Shown: one piece after another, positions 18,019 through 27,399 of the stretch
How the letters are laid out: each line of letters begins with the position of its first letter
How positions within the stretch are numbered: the first letter of the stretch is position 1
NCBI GenBank assembly: GCA_016204045.1
Contig: JACQLQ010000004.1
Span: 164,927-228,926, forward strand
DNA length: 64,000 nucleotides
Direction of reading: 5' to 3'
From: Parcubacteria group bacterium
Lineage (GTDB): Bacteria; Patescibacteriota; Minisyncoccia; Phycocordibacterales; UBA2135
Notes under the pieces: generated by a model
Seen by the model: the letters and a program-made list of their open reading frames with translations, nothing else
What the model was told of the DNA's origin: nothing
Databases searched by the model: none
Translations under genes and position numbers: made by a program

Positions 18019-18489
18019 TTACATCTCTTCATCCCATTTGCCCGACCACTTCTTGACCCCGTACTCGAGGAACCAGACGAGCGTAAAGATGAGAAAGGCC
18101 AGGATGGTTGAAAACACCGCAATCGCATAGAGCCCAAACCCGCTCGCAATACCGATGCCAGCGGTGACCCACAAACCAGCGGCGGTCGTAAGTCCTCGTA
18201 TGGTCTTGTCTTTGAAGATAATGAGCCCGGCCCCTATAAACCCAATGCCCGTCACAACCGCCGCGGCCATTCGAATAGGGTCTGCACTGGCTCCCGACGC
18301 ATATTGGTGCAGGATTGCCTCGGACACAATGACAAACAACGCAGCGCCGAGGGAAATGAGTGCGTAGGTGCGCATGCCAGCCTGCTTGTGCGCCAACACG
18401 CGTTCTGTGCCAAGAATAAGCCCCAAGAATGCGGCAGTACTCAACCGAAAAAAGGTGTCCTGCATTCCTGGATCAAGTATCTCTATCAT
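18019..18489 (-). CDS. mgtC: MgtC/SapB family membrane protein
   Basis: FLGLILGTER motif (GxxxGxER) and hydrophobic profile of the MgtC family. Confidence 0.82.
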   Translation of the reverse strand: MIEILDPGMQDTFFRLSTAAFLGLILGTERVLAHKQAGMRTYALISLGAALFVIVSEAILHQYASGASADPIRMAAAVVTGIGFIGAGLIIFKDKTIRGLTTAAGLWVTAGIGIASGFGLYAIAVFSTILAFLIFTLVWFLEYGVKKWSGKWDEEM

Positions 18490-18541
18490 TCTCTATAGTA
18501 TAACTCCAAAAGAAATTTCAAAAAAGTAAAGTTTTCCCCAT

Positions 18542-18605
18542 CCCGATAGTGTTCGGGAGAAAAAGGCACCCGGCGGGTCTCTAGGGAAACCCTAACACTA
18601 TCGGG
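18542..18605 (-). promoter_or_regulatory. 12-bp perfect inverted repeat enclosing a 40-nt structured loop, just upstream of mgtC and downstream of the nuclease gene
   Basis: cccgatagtgtt at 18542-18553 pairs with aacactatcggg at 18594-18605; the loop has a GGGU/ACCC sub-hairpin. Confidence 0.45.
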
Positions 18606-18615
18606 ACAGGGCGTA

Positions 18616-19452
18616 TCAGAAGAGTGTGTTTTTTTCTTTCTTCTTGCGCGTCGAGACGGCAGTGGCAGTCGGCTTTGCTATTTCTTTCTTTGCGTTTGCG
18701 CCACGAATCACTTCGACAGCCGCGTTCCTGTACGCGCAATAGTCGCACTCGGGTGAGGCGTCGGGGATGGCGTCTGCATCAAGTGTTTCTTTGGCATCCT
18801 TGAGCGTCCTGTCTACCCAATCACTCGAGCCAATGTAAGGAATGATCGTCACCTTAAACTCAAGGACACCATCGAAGGCCGCCTTATCCCGTCCGGCATT
18901 GGCGTATACGAAATAACCGGTCTTGGAGACTTTAAAATCATTTTGACGGAAGAGCCACTGATATATCTCCATCTGGCGTTTGTATCCCATCTGCCATTCT
19001 GCGTCTAGAGTCACCTCCGCATCTTTGCTTGTCGCTTTATAGTCGACAATATGGAGCTCGCCTTTGGGATTAACCCACACATCGTCAATCGCGCCATACA
19101 CATGGAAGTTCGTTGGCTTGTGGTAGTAGGCTATTCCCTTAAAGACGTCCCGCCAAATCTCGATGTTGTCGTGCGCCATCGGCACAGCGTCGATGTTGTA
19201 TGTGCTCATGAGTGGGTGCGGTTCACTCCTCTTTCTGTGTGTATCAAACTCTTTTTTCAAAAGCGCGTCGACTGCGCTGTTTAAGTTAAAGGGGAAACCC
19301 GGCGGACGTCCTACGCCAAGACGCCTGTCTACATAGAAACACCGCGGACACTCGATGAAGAGATCAATTTTACTCCGGCTTAATTTGAACGGCTCATTGC
19401 TCCCTGGGGTGTAGAACCCGCTCTTCCGTTTAGCGTTGTAGTATTGCGACAT
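18616..19452 (-). CDS. PD-(D/E)XK nuclease superfamily protein (Cas4/RecB-like fold) with a C-terminal Cys cluster
   Basis: GAIDDVWV...ELHIVDYKATSK (D...E-x-K) and C-terminal CDYCAYR; start taken at MSQYYNAKRK, because the upstream in-frame GC-rich extension looks non-coding. Confidence 0.55.
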   Translation of the reverse strand: MSQYYNAKRKSGFYTPGSNEPFKLSRSKIDLFIECPRCFYVDRRLGVGRPPGFPFNLNSAVDALLKKEFDTHRKRSEPHPLMSTYNIDAVPMAHDNIEIWRDVFKGIAYYHKPTNFHVYGAIDDVWVNPKGELHIVDYKATSKDAEVTLDAEWQMGYKRQMEIYQWLFRQNDFKVSKTGYFVYANAGRDKAAFDGVLEFKVTIIPYIGSSDWVDRTLKDAKETLDADAIPDASPECDYCAYRNAAVEVIRGANAKKEIAKPTATAVSTRKKKEKNTLF

Positions 19453-19544
19453 TGCTGTATCGTACCATCCCGCGCAATAACTTGACAAATCACTAAAATT
19501 GTGTATACTGCAATGGTAACGCAATTGATCCCAGGAGACCAAGA

Positions 19545-19793
19545 ATGCAGGGTACATGCGAACTGTGCGGACACTCCGTCGGTAGCGGCGGCAACCGCCA
19601 CGCCAAGGGCCACTGTCCGCCGATGCGTGGGCGTAACCCCGTCGATGGTGGCCCGAACCGTCGTGCGCGCAAGCGTACCGCGCGTGCGAAGGCGAAGCCG
19701 CCGACGGTCGACATCGCTCGTGGCGCGCCTGTGAAGGGAACCGGCAAGATCGCCGCGTCTTCCTCCAAGTCGCGCAAGCAGAAGACCGAGTAG
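19545..19793 (+). CDS. small highly basic zinc-ribbon-like protein, GC-rich
   Basis: AGGAG 6 nt upstream of the ATG; CELCGH...HCPP; followed by a 10-bp-stem terminator. Confidence 0.45.
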   Translation: MQGTCELCGHSVGSGGNRHAKGHCPPMRGRNPVDGGPNRRARKRTARAKAKPPTVDIARGAPVKGTGKIAASSSKSRKQKTE

Positions 19794-19813
19794 CCCGCAA
19801 GGGCTTCTCAAAG

Positions 19814-19853
19814 AGAGCCGGACTCCACGTGGGTCCGGCTCTCATACTTTTTA
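19814..19853 (+). terminator. rho-independent terminator
   Basis: agagccggac-tccacgtggg-gtccggctct hairpin, then a T5 run. Confidence 0.65.
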
Positions 19854-19870
19854 GAGCGACAGTCACGCTA

Positions 19871-20308
19871 CTAGCGAGCGTATCTTCCTACCAACTCTGC
19901 CCTCTCAAGCACGTGTCCCACCATCTCCTCTTCTAGAGTTTCTTTGTTACTAATCTCCGGAATGCGCAATTCGATATCGAGCGCGTATAGTTTAAAGAAG
20001 TAATGATGCTCATCACGAGGAGGGCACACCCCGCCGTATTCGCGCTTTCCAAAATCATTCCTCCCCTCTACTGCCCCCGGAGGCACCTTGCCCTCTGTAA
20101 TCCCCTTAAGCTTCGGGGAGATGTTCCACACAATCCAATGCACAAAGACCCCATCCGGAGCATCTGGGTCATCTACAGTGAGTACCAAGGTCTGCGTCTC
20201 CTTGGGCACGCCACTCCACGAAAGCGGCGGATTCACTCCCTGTCCGTCGCACGCATATTTGGAGGGCATGGAGGCGTCGTGTTCAAATGCGCTACTTGTT
20301 AGTTGCAT
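19871..20308 (-). CDS. YbhB/YbcL (PEBP / Raf-kinase-inhibitor-like) family protein
   Basis: DPDAP...HW motif pair and CPP...HHYFF typical of bacterial PEBP proteins. Confidence 0.88.
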   Translation of the reverse strand: MQLTSSAFEHDASMPSKYACDGQGVNPPLSWSGVPKETQTLVLTVDDPDAPDGVFVHWIVWNISPKLKGITEGKVPPGAVEGRNDFGKREYGGVCPPRDEHHYFFKLYALDIELRIPEISNKETLEEEMVGHVLERAELVGRYAR

Positions 20309-20320
20309 AGTTGTAGTATA

Positions 20321-20596
20321 TCAAATTACGCCCGGATAACCTTCTTTCTTGAGAAGCTCTACCTTCCTTTCTCGACCCCGATTATACCCGCCCATACTGC
20401 CGTCGGAACGAATGACGCGGTGGCACGGTATCGCGGGGTCATAGTTTGTTTTTAAAATAGCACCCACAGATCTCGCCGCACGCGGAGCCCCCGCGCGCTT
20501 TGCGACTTCGCCATACGTCATCGCCTCCCCTCTCGGGATTTTTGAAACAACAGCAAGTACTTTTTTGCGAAATGTTATTTTCGATATTTGAGCCAT
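20321..20596 (-). CDS. methylated-DNA-protein-cysteine methyltransferase domain protein (MGMT C-terminal domain only)
   Basis: IPCHRVIRSDGS active-site motif; the protein is only 91 aa. Confidence 0.85.
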   Translation of the reverse strand: MAQISKITFRKKVLAVVSKIPRGEAMTYGEVAKRAGAPRAARSVGAILKTNYDPAIPCHRVIRSDGSMGGYNRGRERKVELLKKEGYPGVI

Positions 20597-20829
20597 AGTC
20601 TTTTAAACAACGGCATAGTGAGTGTGGAGATCATAAATGCCACAGCGGGCACGATGGCGTGGAGCCATGGCCTCGGAATATCAATCACCCACAGATAAAC
20701 ACCCACCGCGAGATAGGTGAAAAGCAAAAGTAAGAGGCGTCGCATCAAAGACGTCTCCCACGCCTTGTCGGCCTCCACCTTTTCATTTCTCTCTTCTATT
20801 TGTTTGACCCGTGTTTCTATATCTGTCAT
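20575..20829 (-). CDS. small membrane protein, hypothetical
   Basis: Hydrophobic core; overlaps the downstream gene by 22 nt. Confidence 0.35.
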   Translation of the reverse strand: MTDIETRVKQIEERNEKVEADKAWETSLMRRLLLLLFTYLAVGVYLWVIDIPRPWLHAIVPAVAFMISTLTMPLFKRLWLKYRK

Positions 20830-20831
20830 AT

Positions 20832-21251
20832 CTATTTCACAATACTCCCCGGAGGAACTTCCTCCGCTGGGTGAAGCAGTGTAGGGCGACCCGCATTATC
20901 TGCGGCGAGCATCATCCCCTGACTCTCGTAGCCACGGAGCATCCTCGGCGCAAGGTTCACGATCACGGGCACTTCTTTGCCAATGAGTGACGCCGGGTCT
21001 TCGATGAACTCCGCAATCCCTGCCATGATTTGCCTCTGCTCACCCCCAAAGTCAAAAATGATTTTGATAAGCTTGTCCGCATCAGGCACTTTTTCTGCTG
21101 AAACGACTTTGCCAATTCTGATATTCAATTTTTTGAAATCGTCTATAGTCACCGTCTTGTTGGCGGGCGCTGCATTTGCAGTATTTGCGTCTTTTGCACT
21201 CGTTGACCCGCCTGCGCGCGGCGCGCCGGCAGGTATATTGGTAGGTTCCAT
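20832..21251 (-). CDS. tRNA-binding domain protein (CsaA/EMAP/MetRS C-terminal-like)
   Basis: KIGKVVSAEKVPDADKL...GEQRQIMAGI OB-fold tRNA-binding signature. Confidence 0.82.
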   Translation of the reverse strand: MEPTNIPAGAPRAGGSTSAKDANTANAAPANKTVTIDDFKKLNIRIGKVVSAEKVPDADKLIKIIFDFGGEQRQIMAGIAEFIEDPASLIGKEVPVIVNLAPRMLRGYESQGMMLAADNAGRPTLLHPAEEVPPGSIVK

Positions 21252-21307
21252 ATTTGCTTATCCTAGCAAAAAGATTATGCTTGGTGAAGAAACTATGGGG
21301 ACATGAC

Positions 21308-21931
21308 ATGCGTGCTCTGTCTTCAGGACTAACCATCCCCTGGCGTGCAAGTGAGGCGGTACGACGCCTCAAAGAAGAGAGCGCTTTTTCATTCAGGCTC
21401 TGCGACGAGATGCTACTCCGGAGACTCGTGGGAGAAGCGTTGAGCTATGAATATAACGATCAAGATGAGCGAGTCAATAAACATGGCGTACGTCAAAAAC
21501 TTGGAACTTTCGAGGCGTTCCCCACACAGAGTCTTTTCCCTCGCCTTCGAGATCTTGTCTTAGCACTCCTTCAGTCCAAGTTTGAAACTCTTTCGGAGTA
21601 TCCATTCAAGACCCCACTCTTTTTGAACAGTGTTGTTCTTCAGCGTTATAAAAAGGGACCACTCGGTATCACTCCTCACATTGATGGCCCGTCGAGACGC
21701 AACCTCGTCTGCGTCCTTGTGCTTGCTGGTGAAGGCGATTTCGCGCTTCACGACGACAAGGACGGTAAAAATACACGAACGATTGAGGCACCCCCGGGAC
21801 ACATGATCATGATGCGAGCCCCAGGTTTTCTTGGGGAGGACTTCCAACCTGTTCATTCTATTACCAACATAACCGAAGATCGGTATATTGTCGGGTTGCG
21901 CGAACGCGTAGCCCCACCAAGCAGCGTCTAA
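21308..21931 (+). CDS. 2OG-Fe(II)-oxygenase-like protein (AlkB-like?); an alternative start exists at 21254
   Basis: TPHIDG (HxD) ... PPGHMIMMRAPG (distal His) with spacing like 2OG oxygenases; sits near MGMT. Confidence 0.4.
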   Translation: MRALSSGLTIPWRASEAVRRLKEESAFSFRLCDEMLLRRLVGEALSYEYNDQDERVNKHGVRQKLGTFEAFPTQSLFPRLRDLVLALLQSKFETLSEYPFKTPLFLNSVVLQRYKKGPLGITPHIDGPSRRNLVCVLVLAGEGDFALHDDKDGKNTRTIEAPPGHMIMMRAPGFLGEDFQPVHSITNITEDRYIVGLRERVAPPSSV

Positions 21932-22278
21932 GAACGCTGTTTTTTAATGACGACACCCGGGACTCCATTGTCCCAGATCTTCATTTTCTCAATAGAGACC
22001 TGCACCGAAAGAATGCGTGGATTCTCGAGAATCTTTTCTGCAATGCGATTTGCTAATGCTTCGAGGAGAAAGAAGGACGGTCCACGCACAACGCTTTCTG
22101 CTATATCCTTGACCTCTTTGTAATTAATCGTGTCGGCAAGATCATCCGACTTTTCTGCTTTAGCAGTGTCTGCCTCAAGCTCAATAGCAATACGAAATGG
22201 CTGTTCGCGTTCTTGTTCTTTGGCATTTACTCCATGAATGCCGGAGACTATGAGATTTCGCACAAAGATAGTACTCAT
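21928..22278 (-). CDS. folB: dihydroneopterin aldolase
   Basis: About 116 aa; IGV..E......V.I.LE.D....DDLADTINYKEV pattern. Confidence 0.75.
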   Translation of the reverse strand: MSTIFVRNLIVSGIHGVNAKEQEREQPFRIAIELEADTAKAEKSDDLADTINYKEVKDIAESVVRGPSFFLLEALANRIAEKILENPRILSVQVSIEKMKIWDNGVPGVVIKKQRS

Positions 22279-22294
22279 GATCGTTGGTGAACCC

Positions 22295-23362
22295 TTATCT
22301 TACCTCACCAATAACACCTCCGCCAAAACACTCTTCGCCTTTTGCGTCATAGATAACGAGCGACTGCCCAGGCGCAACACCACTCTGTGGTTCTGTGAAA
22401 GTAACCGAGGTTCCCTTTACGCTCGCTCTAACCAAAGGCTGCCGATAGCGATACCTCACCATATACTCTGCGTACCCGTCGAAGGGGCGCCCCTGAATCA
22501 TGTTCGCATCCTCAAGAATAATCTCCTTCACCTTCCCAGGCATTTCTGGTTTCCTCGGCGACACGGTGACGGTATTTTGAGCGATATCTTTCGCGACTAC
22601 ATAATGCGGTGGATCATTCGGAGTTTTTTTGGTCAGCGTGAAGCCGTGCCGTTGTCCTATCGTAAGGTAGAATGCCCCCTCGTGATGCCCCACTACCTCC
22701 CCCGCCTCATTCAAAACATCTCCGCGCTTGGGCGGCATAAAGTGCCCGAGAAATTCCCGCATGGGAAACTCGCCGACAAAACAGAGTCCTTGGCTGTCTC
22801 TACGTAGAGCATTCGGAAGTCCGCGCTCGCGTGCCATCTCACGGACCTTACTCTTCTCGTAGTCACCGATGGGGAATAAGACATGCTGTAGTTGGTCTTG
22901 TGTGAGAGTCCAGAGAAAATACGATTGATCTTTAGCTCCATCGCGACCAGAGAGCATAGACACAACCTCGCCATTCGTCATGACTCGAGCATGGTGTCCC
23001 GTAGCGATAAAGTCGGCACCCATAGCGCGAGCTTTTTTAAAAAAAGAGCCGAATTTAATCTGTCGATTGCACATGACATCCGGGTTGGGGGTTCTGCCCG
23101 TTTTGTATTCGCGCACCATGTAGTCCACTACCTCGCGCTTGTAATCGTCTGCAAAATCAAAAACAAGAAAGGGAACGCCAATGTGCGCCGCAGCACGACG
23201 CGCTACTTCTTCGTCATCTGTCCGCGTACACTCGAGGAAGTCCGGTTTCCAGACACGGATAAAAACGCCAGTTACATCGTAACCCGCTTCTTTGAGGAGC
23301 GCCGCTGATACCGAACTGTCGACGCCACCACTCATGCCAACAAAAACCTTCTTCTTCTCCAT
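22295..23362 (-). CDS. mnmA: tRNA 2-thiouridine(34) synthase
   Basis: VGMSGGVDSSV PP-loop; full-length MnmA. Confidence 0.93.
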   Translation of the reverse strand: MEKKKVFVGMSGGVDSSVSAALLKEAGYDVTGVFIRVWKPDFLECTRTDDEEVARRAAAHIGVPFLVFDFADDYKREVVDYMVREYKTGRTPNPDVMCNRQIKFGSFFKKARAMGADFIATGHHARVMTNGEVVSMLSGRDGAKDQSYFLWTLTQDQLQHVLFPIGDYEKSKVREMARERGLPNALRRDSQGLCFVGEFPMREFLGHFMPPKRGDVLNEAGEVVGHHEGAFYLTIGQRHGFTLTKKTPNDPPHYVVAKDIAQNTVTVSPRKPEMPGKVKEIILEDANMIQGRPFDGYAEYMVRYRYRQPLVRASVKGTSVTFTEPQSGVAPGQSLVIYDAKGEECFGGGVIGEVR

Positions 23363-23429
23363 GGGTCAATTCTACAGAACTTGACAACCTTTGCAAATGT
23401 TGCCACTCTTCCTTTAGAAGATACTGGCG

Positions 23430-23846
23430 GTGTGCATGTTCAGACGATTCCTGAATCTCTTCTTTTGGGAAGTGTTCGACGAAAAAATTCCGGATGCAAA
23501 GGAAATCGCCAGGTATATTCAAAGGCGCTCTCTTACCCTTAACCACGCCGAGCGTGCTGAGTGGCAAAAGGCGGTGCAAGGCTATCATTTACGAACCTTT
23601 ATATTTGCCGTGTGCGGATTTGGCTCTGGCATGTACCTCGCTTTCTGCCTAGCCAACGGATACCTGACATTGTTGCTCGGATACCCGTTGCTGCCCTGGG
23701 CACTCCGAGGCATTATGGCACTGCTCCTTGTTATTGGTATGTCGGGGTTAGTGCGGCAACAATTACTCAACCTCTCCCGCGCCGCCGGGATGACAATACA
23801 ACGATTCGACAGTGACAAAAAGGATAATTGGGAGAAACCTGCCTAG
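23430..23846 (+). CDS. hypothetical membrane protein
   Basis: Three hydrophobic segments; terminator directly downstream. Confidence 0.5.
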   Translation: MCMFRRFLNLFFWEVFDEKIPDAKEIARYIQRRSLTLNHAERAEWQKAVQGYHLRTFIFAVCGFGSGMYLAFCLANGYLTLLLGYPLLPWALRGIMALLLVIGMSGLVRQQLLNLSRAAGMTIQRFDSDKKDNWEKPA

Positions 23847-23861
23847 AAAGGCAGGTTTTTG
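23836..23861 (+). terminator. rho-independent terminator
   Basis: aacctgcc-tagaaa-ggcaggtt hairpin plus TTTTT. Confidence 0.7.
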
Positions 23862-23907
23862 ATTGGAGACAATCTGTGGACATGCGCTGCCGATGCGGCA
23901 AGAACAC

Positions 23908-24933
23908 TTACGGCAAGTACCTCGCCTTTTTTACCTTGTGCTCGTCGAAGGTTCGACTGAAATGGATGTTTGAAGCGAGGTCCGAAAGGTAGAACAGGTA
24001 GGGTGTCTCCCGAGGATTGAGCGTCGCGCGTATAGCAAGCAACCCTGGGTTCACGATAGGGCCAGGCGGAAGACCTTTATGTTTATACGTATTGTACGGA
24101 GATTCGTTCTTGCGGAGGTCTTCGAGGGTGAGATCGAAGGTCGTCTTGCCGTTGATGTAGAGAAATGTTGCATCGACTTGAAGCGGCATCCCAATCTCGA
24201 TTCTCTTCCAAAGCAACCCGGCTATCACCCGCATGTCCTCGTATGTGTACGCTTCCTTCTCTAGGAGTGACGCCATGGTCAAAATCTCATGAATAGTGTG
24301 TCCGCTCATGAGCACTTCCTCTTCGAAATCTTTGAGCTTCAACTTGAAGTTATTGGTAAGGGCCAAGAGGACAGTTCGCGGTTCGACTTTGGGTAAAAAG
24401 TAATAGGTATCCGGGAAAAGATACCCCTCGTCATTATCCGCAATGCGCAAAAACTCTTCGTCATCAAAATTGGGGAACTTTTGTTTCATGACAAGCGCAA
24501 TTTCCTTGTTCGAGACGCCTTCAGGGAAAGTGACTCTGATCGGGTTAAGCCCATGCTGTCCGTGTGTGAGACGCCATGCAATGGTAAGGACGTTTTGCGG
24601 CTTGGGTAGGAAGTATTCGGCTGATTGGATGCCTCCTTCCCCCCTCAATACAAAAACAAGCGCCTTCAACATAAACGGGGATTGAACAATCTTTCGCTCA
24701 TCCAACACCCGCGCGGCTTCAGTAAGGGTCATCCCTTTTTCGATCGAGATCAAGGACCCGCTTGGGAATCCAATAGGGGCGCTTATAAAAAAGAAAAAAA
24801 AGACGAGGACGAGGGTTGCCCCACCGTAGACGGTTATTCGCATCCGTTTGCTCTGGGGCAAATGGAGATACCCTTTCGCTCGGTCTATATACGGGCGGAG
24901 TGTTTGTGAGAGATTTTTGAGATTAGAAAACAT
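23908..24933 (-). CDS. mltG: endolytic murein transglycosylase MltG (YceG-like)
   Basis: N-terminal TM segment; GLPPGPIVNPG and YLFYL YceG motifs. Confidence 0.88.
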   Translation of the reverse strand: MFSNLKNLSQTLRPYIDRAKGYLHLPQSKRMRITVYGGATLVLVFFFFFISAPIGFPSGSLISIEKGMTLTEAARVLDERKIVQSPFMLKALVFVLRGEGGIQSAEYFLPKPQNVLTIAWRLTHGQHGLNPIRVTFPEGVSNKEIALVMKQKFPNFDDEEFLRIADNDEGYLFPDTYYFLPKVEPRTVLLALTNNFKLKLKDFEEEVLMSGHTIHEILTMASLLEKEAYTYEDMRVIAGLLWKRIEIGMPLQVDATFLYINGKTTFDLTLEDLRKNESPYNTYKHKGLPPGPIVNPGLLAIRATLNPRETPYLFYLSDLASNIHFSRTFDEHKVKKARYLP

Positions 24934-24950
24934 GTCGTAGGAGTTGGAAC

Positions 24951-26294
24951 TTATGTCGGTAAATTAGTCGGCGGTTCTGCTCTCCTCGACTCAATACGCG
25001 GGTATGACGGAGTCTCTGCAACACTTCCTGGGAAGTGGAATATTGAAGCGAGCTCTTCCACGTTCAAGACAAACATCTTACGTTCGTATGGAGGGTGGAC
25101 CCAAGAGCGTTTTCGATATGCGTCAAAAAACGTCCATTTTTTGTATGCTTGTCGAAATCCCCGCGGAGAAAAAGGTGGCACACCCAAGTTGCCGCCTGGC
25201 TGCACGGGAATGTTGACGTACTTCTGCCATGGATAATCGAGTTCTGTGTGGTCCCGCGGGACAAGGGCGTTTATCCCGTTAAACGGCCTAGGAAAACCAA
25301 AGAGCCCTCCGGAGTTTGCGGGATTAAACACCTCCTTTTTCCCGAGGTAGAGCGCACGAACGCCGCAGTCAAAGCCGAGTTTGCCCACCTTCCTGCCGAT
25401 TGCCTTGATGACCTCGCGCTCCCCCTCGGTCAAAGAGGAAAAACGAAAATCCCCTTCCGCGTCTTCGGGTAACGGCCCCGAGCGCTCCTTTGCCTTTTCC
25501 ATAATACCTTCAATTGCCTTCTTTCCCTCGTCCTGCCAGTCTGACGCCTCACCAAAGAGTGGCGTCGGGTCTTTCTTGCCCTTGGTCGCTCGAACAAAGA
25601 TTTGTATCCAAATCTGTTCACCCCTTCCGATTCCTCCCAAAAATTCGATGAGTGGCGTCATGGGGTCAATCTTAAACTCCTCCTTCGGGTCCTTGTTCAG
25701 GTTGTAATCGATGTAGGTTGAAAGCGGGAACGGATCAGGACTACGAAGTTTGAACTCAACCCCCACAAGGTTCCAGTCGCTATCTTTTTTTGCGAAGGTG
25801 ACGCCGGGTGTGTAATCCTCGACCACCTTCACCTCGGCGGCCGGGAATTGGGAGTAGATCTGTGTCTCGATGTACTTCACGAAACCGGCCCGTGTCCAGA
25901 TGTAGAAGTGGATTGCCCCTTCTATCGAAACCGCCTCGAGAGTAAAGTAGGTTCTCGTCTTGCCCAAGATAAACTTGTCGTACCACGTCGTCTCACCGAT
26001 CGTCACATAGAGCGCATTCAAAACGACCTCCATGGCAAGCGGGGATTTCGGCTGTTCACGAGGAACCTTGATCTCGATGATTGCGTATTTCTGCTCCGAG
26101 AGAAACCGGGCACGGACATATGGCACCCAGACACTCCAAAACACGAGGAGGAGCGCTGGCGGGAGTGAAACCGGCGCCATGACAAGCGCATTTGAAAACA
26201 CTACCGCAAATGCGTCGCGCGCAAAGAATATGAATGTCAAAAGTGTCTGGAGCGAGACGAGACCCATTTCCATATTGGTTTTATTATACCCCAA
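24951..26294 (-). CDS. conserved hypothetical protein with an N-terminal TM segment
   Basis: Long ORF with no recognisable domain. Confidence 0.55.
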   Translation of the reverse strand: MGYNKTNMEMGLVSLQTLLTFIFFARDAFAVVFSNALVMAPVSLPPALLLVFWSVWVPYVRARFLSEQKYAIIEIKVPREQPKSPLAMEVVLNALYVTIGETTWYDKFILGKTRTYFTLEAVSIEGAIHFYIWTRAGFVKYIETQIYSQFPAAEVKVVEDYTPGVTFAKKDSDWNLVGVEFKLRSPDPFPLSTYIDYNLNKDPKEEFKIDPMTPLIEFLGGIGRGEQIWIQIFVRATKGKKDPTPLFGEASDWQDEGKKAIEGIMEKAKERSGPLPEDAEGDFRFSSLTEGEREVIKAIGRKVGKLGFDCGVRALYLGKKEVFNPANSGGLFGFPRPFNGINALVPRDHTELDYPWQKYVNIPVQPGGNLGVPPFSPRGFRQAYKKWTFFDAYRKRSWVHPPYERKMFVLNVEELASIFHFPGSVAETPSYPRIESRRAEPPTNLPT

Positions 26295-26364
26295 TAGAAA
26301 AATCGAGACAACGAAAAACCGACCTGATGAGCATCGGGCCGGTTTTTCGTTGCTATTCTAGATG

Positions 26365-27399
26365 CTAGACAAGTCTGTATTTGCCATCTCCGTCCTTCTT
26401 GAAATATTTCTTGTTCTGGAGGTTAACGACAACAGTGTTCTCTTTGACGTAGCGCTCTTTAAGCACTCGCTCGACGAGCTCCTCGCGCGAGAGACACTCT
26501 TCTTCTCCCAGGATGCGACAAATGATGTCGCGCACAATCCCGTTTGAGTACCCCCATTCCGAGAGACCATAGAGTCCACGTCCTACCAATACGAAACGTT
26601 TCTTGTCCTTAATGAGTTCGTTGTGGCATGTGGCAACGTGAGCTGACCTGCCAAAGAGTTTCTCGATTGCTTTCGCCACTTCAGTGAAGTGGAGTGGTGA
26701 ACCGTGTCGGCGAATTACCAAGTATGCGTAGTCGCGGATACCGCGTGCGCGAATATTAGGTGAAGACGCAAGACCCCATTCTCCAAGCGGGTTTGAACCA
26801 ATAACTTTAGAGAGTGCGAGCCAGCGTTTTGCTACTTCGGGGTTGTCCTTGAATTCAGCGGGGACACCAGCAAGTCGGCGTTGGAACGAGTTGAGCAACT
26901 CTTCTTCCGGAATCAAATCGTCTTCGCCGAGTGTTTGGAAGAGTCCGTGGAGTGCTTGGTGCACGATCTTTGAAACCCCCTCGTCGACACTCCAGCGGTG
27001 TGTGAAGTGTTGATCTTCTTTTCTTCGCTCAAATGTTTCTCCTAGTACGAGAATGAAGTGGAAGTGGTTTTGTGTGCTTTGATCTTTCGCCAAGAGTTCC
27101 AATAGGTGCTCCTCAGGGAGGACTGCGCCGTGGGAGTAGATGTGTGAGCGCAATCCCTCGAGCATCTCTTCTTCTGTTTTGTAGGCTTCGGACTTCTTAA
27201 TAGTCTGGAGTGCGAAGTTTTCAATCTGACGCACTCGTTCGCGAGTAATACCGTATTGCTGTCCAATTGATTCGAGTGTGCGGCGTTCCGGCGAAGTGCC
27301 CAAGCCAAATCGGGAGACGACAACATCGCGTGCTCGGTCCGGGAGGACGCTGAGCAAGTTTTTATTGAGCTGTTTTGGTTTGAAGCTAGATATCTCCAT
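26365..27399 (-). CDS. sigma-70 region-4-like HTH domain protein
   Basis: TLESIGQQYGITRERVRQIENFALQ near the N-terminus resembles the sigma70 region-4 HTH. Confidence 0.6.
   Translation of the reverse strand: MEISSFKPKQLNKNLLSVLPDRARDVVVSRFGLGTSPERRTLESIGQQYGITRERVRQIENFALQTIKKSEAYKTEEEMLEGLRSHIYSHGAVLPEEHLLELLAKDQSTQNHFHFILVLGETFERRKEDQHFTHRWSVDEGVSKIVHQALHGLFQTLGEDDLIPEEELLNSFQRRLAGVPAEFKDNPEVAKRWLALSKVIGSNPLGEWGLASSPNIRARGIRDYAYLVIRRHGSPLHFTEVAKAIEKLFGRSAHVATCHNELIKDKKRFVLVGRGLYGLSEWGYSNGIVRDIICRILGEEECLSREELVERVLKERYVKENTVVVNLQNKKYFKKDGDGKYRLV

Noticed and set aside
18616-19866. Full 416-aa reading of the nuclease ORF with an Arg/Ser/Cys-rich N-terminal extension
   Set aside because: The extension lies in the GC-rich patch, is low-complexity, and overlaps a better-supported divergent small gene. 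The nuclease domain starts at MSQYY (19452).
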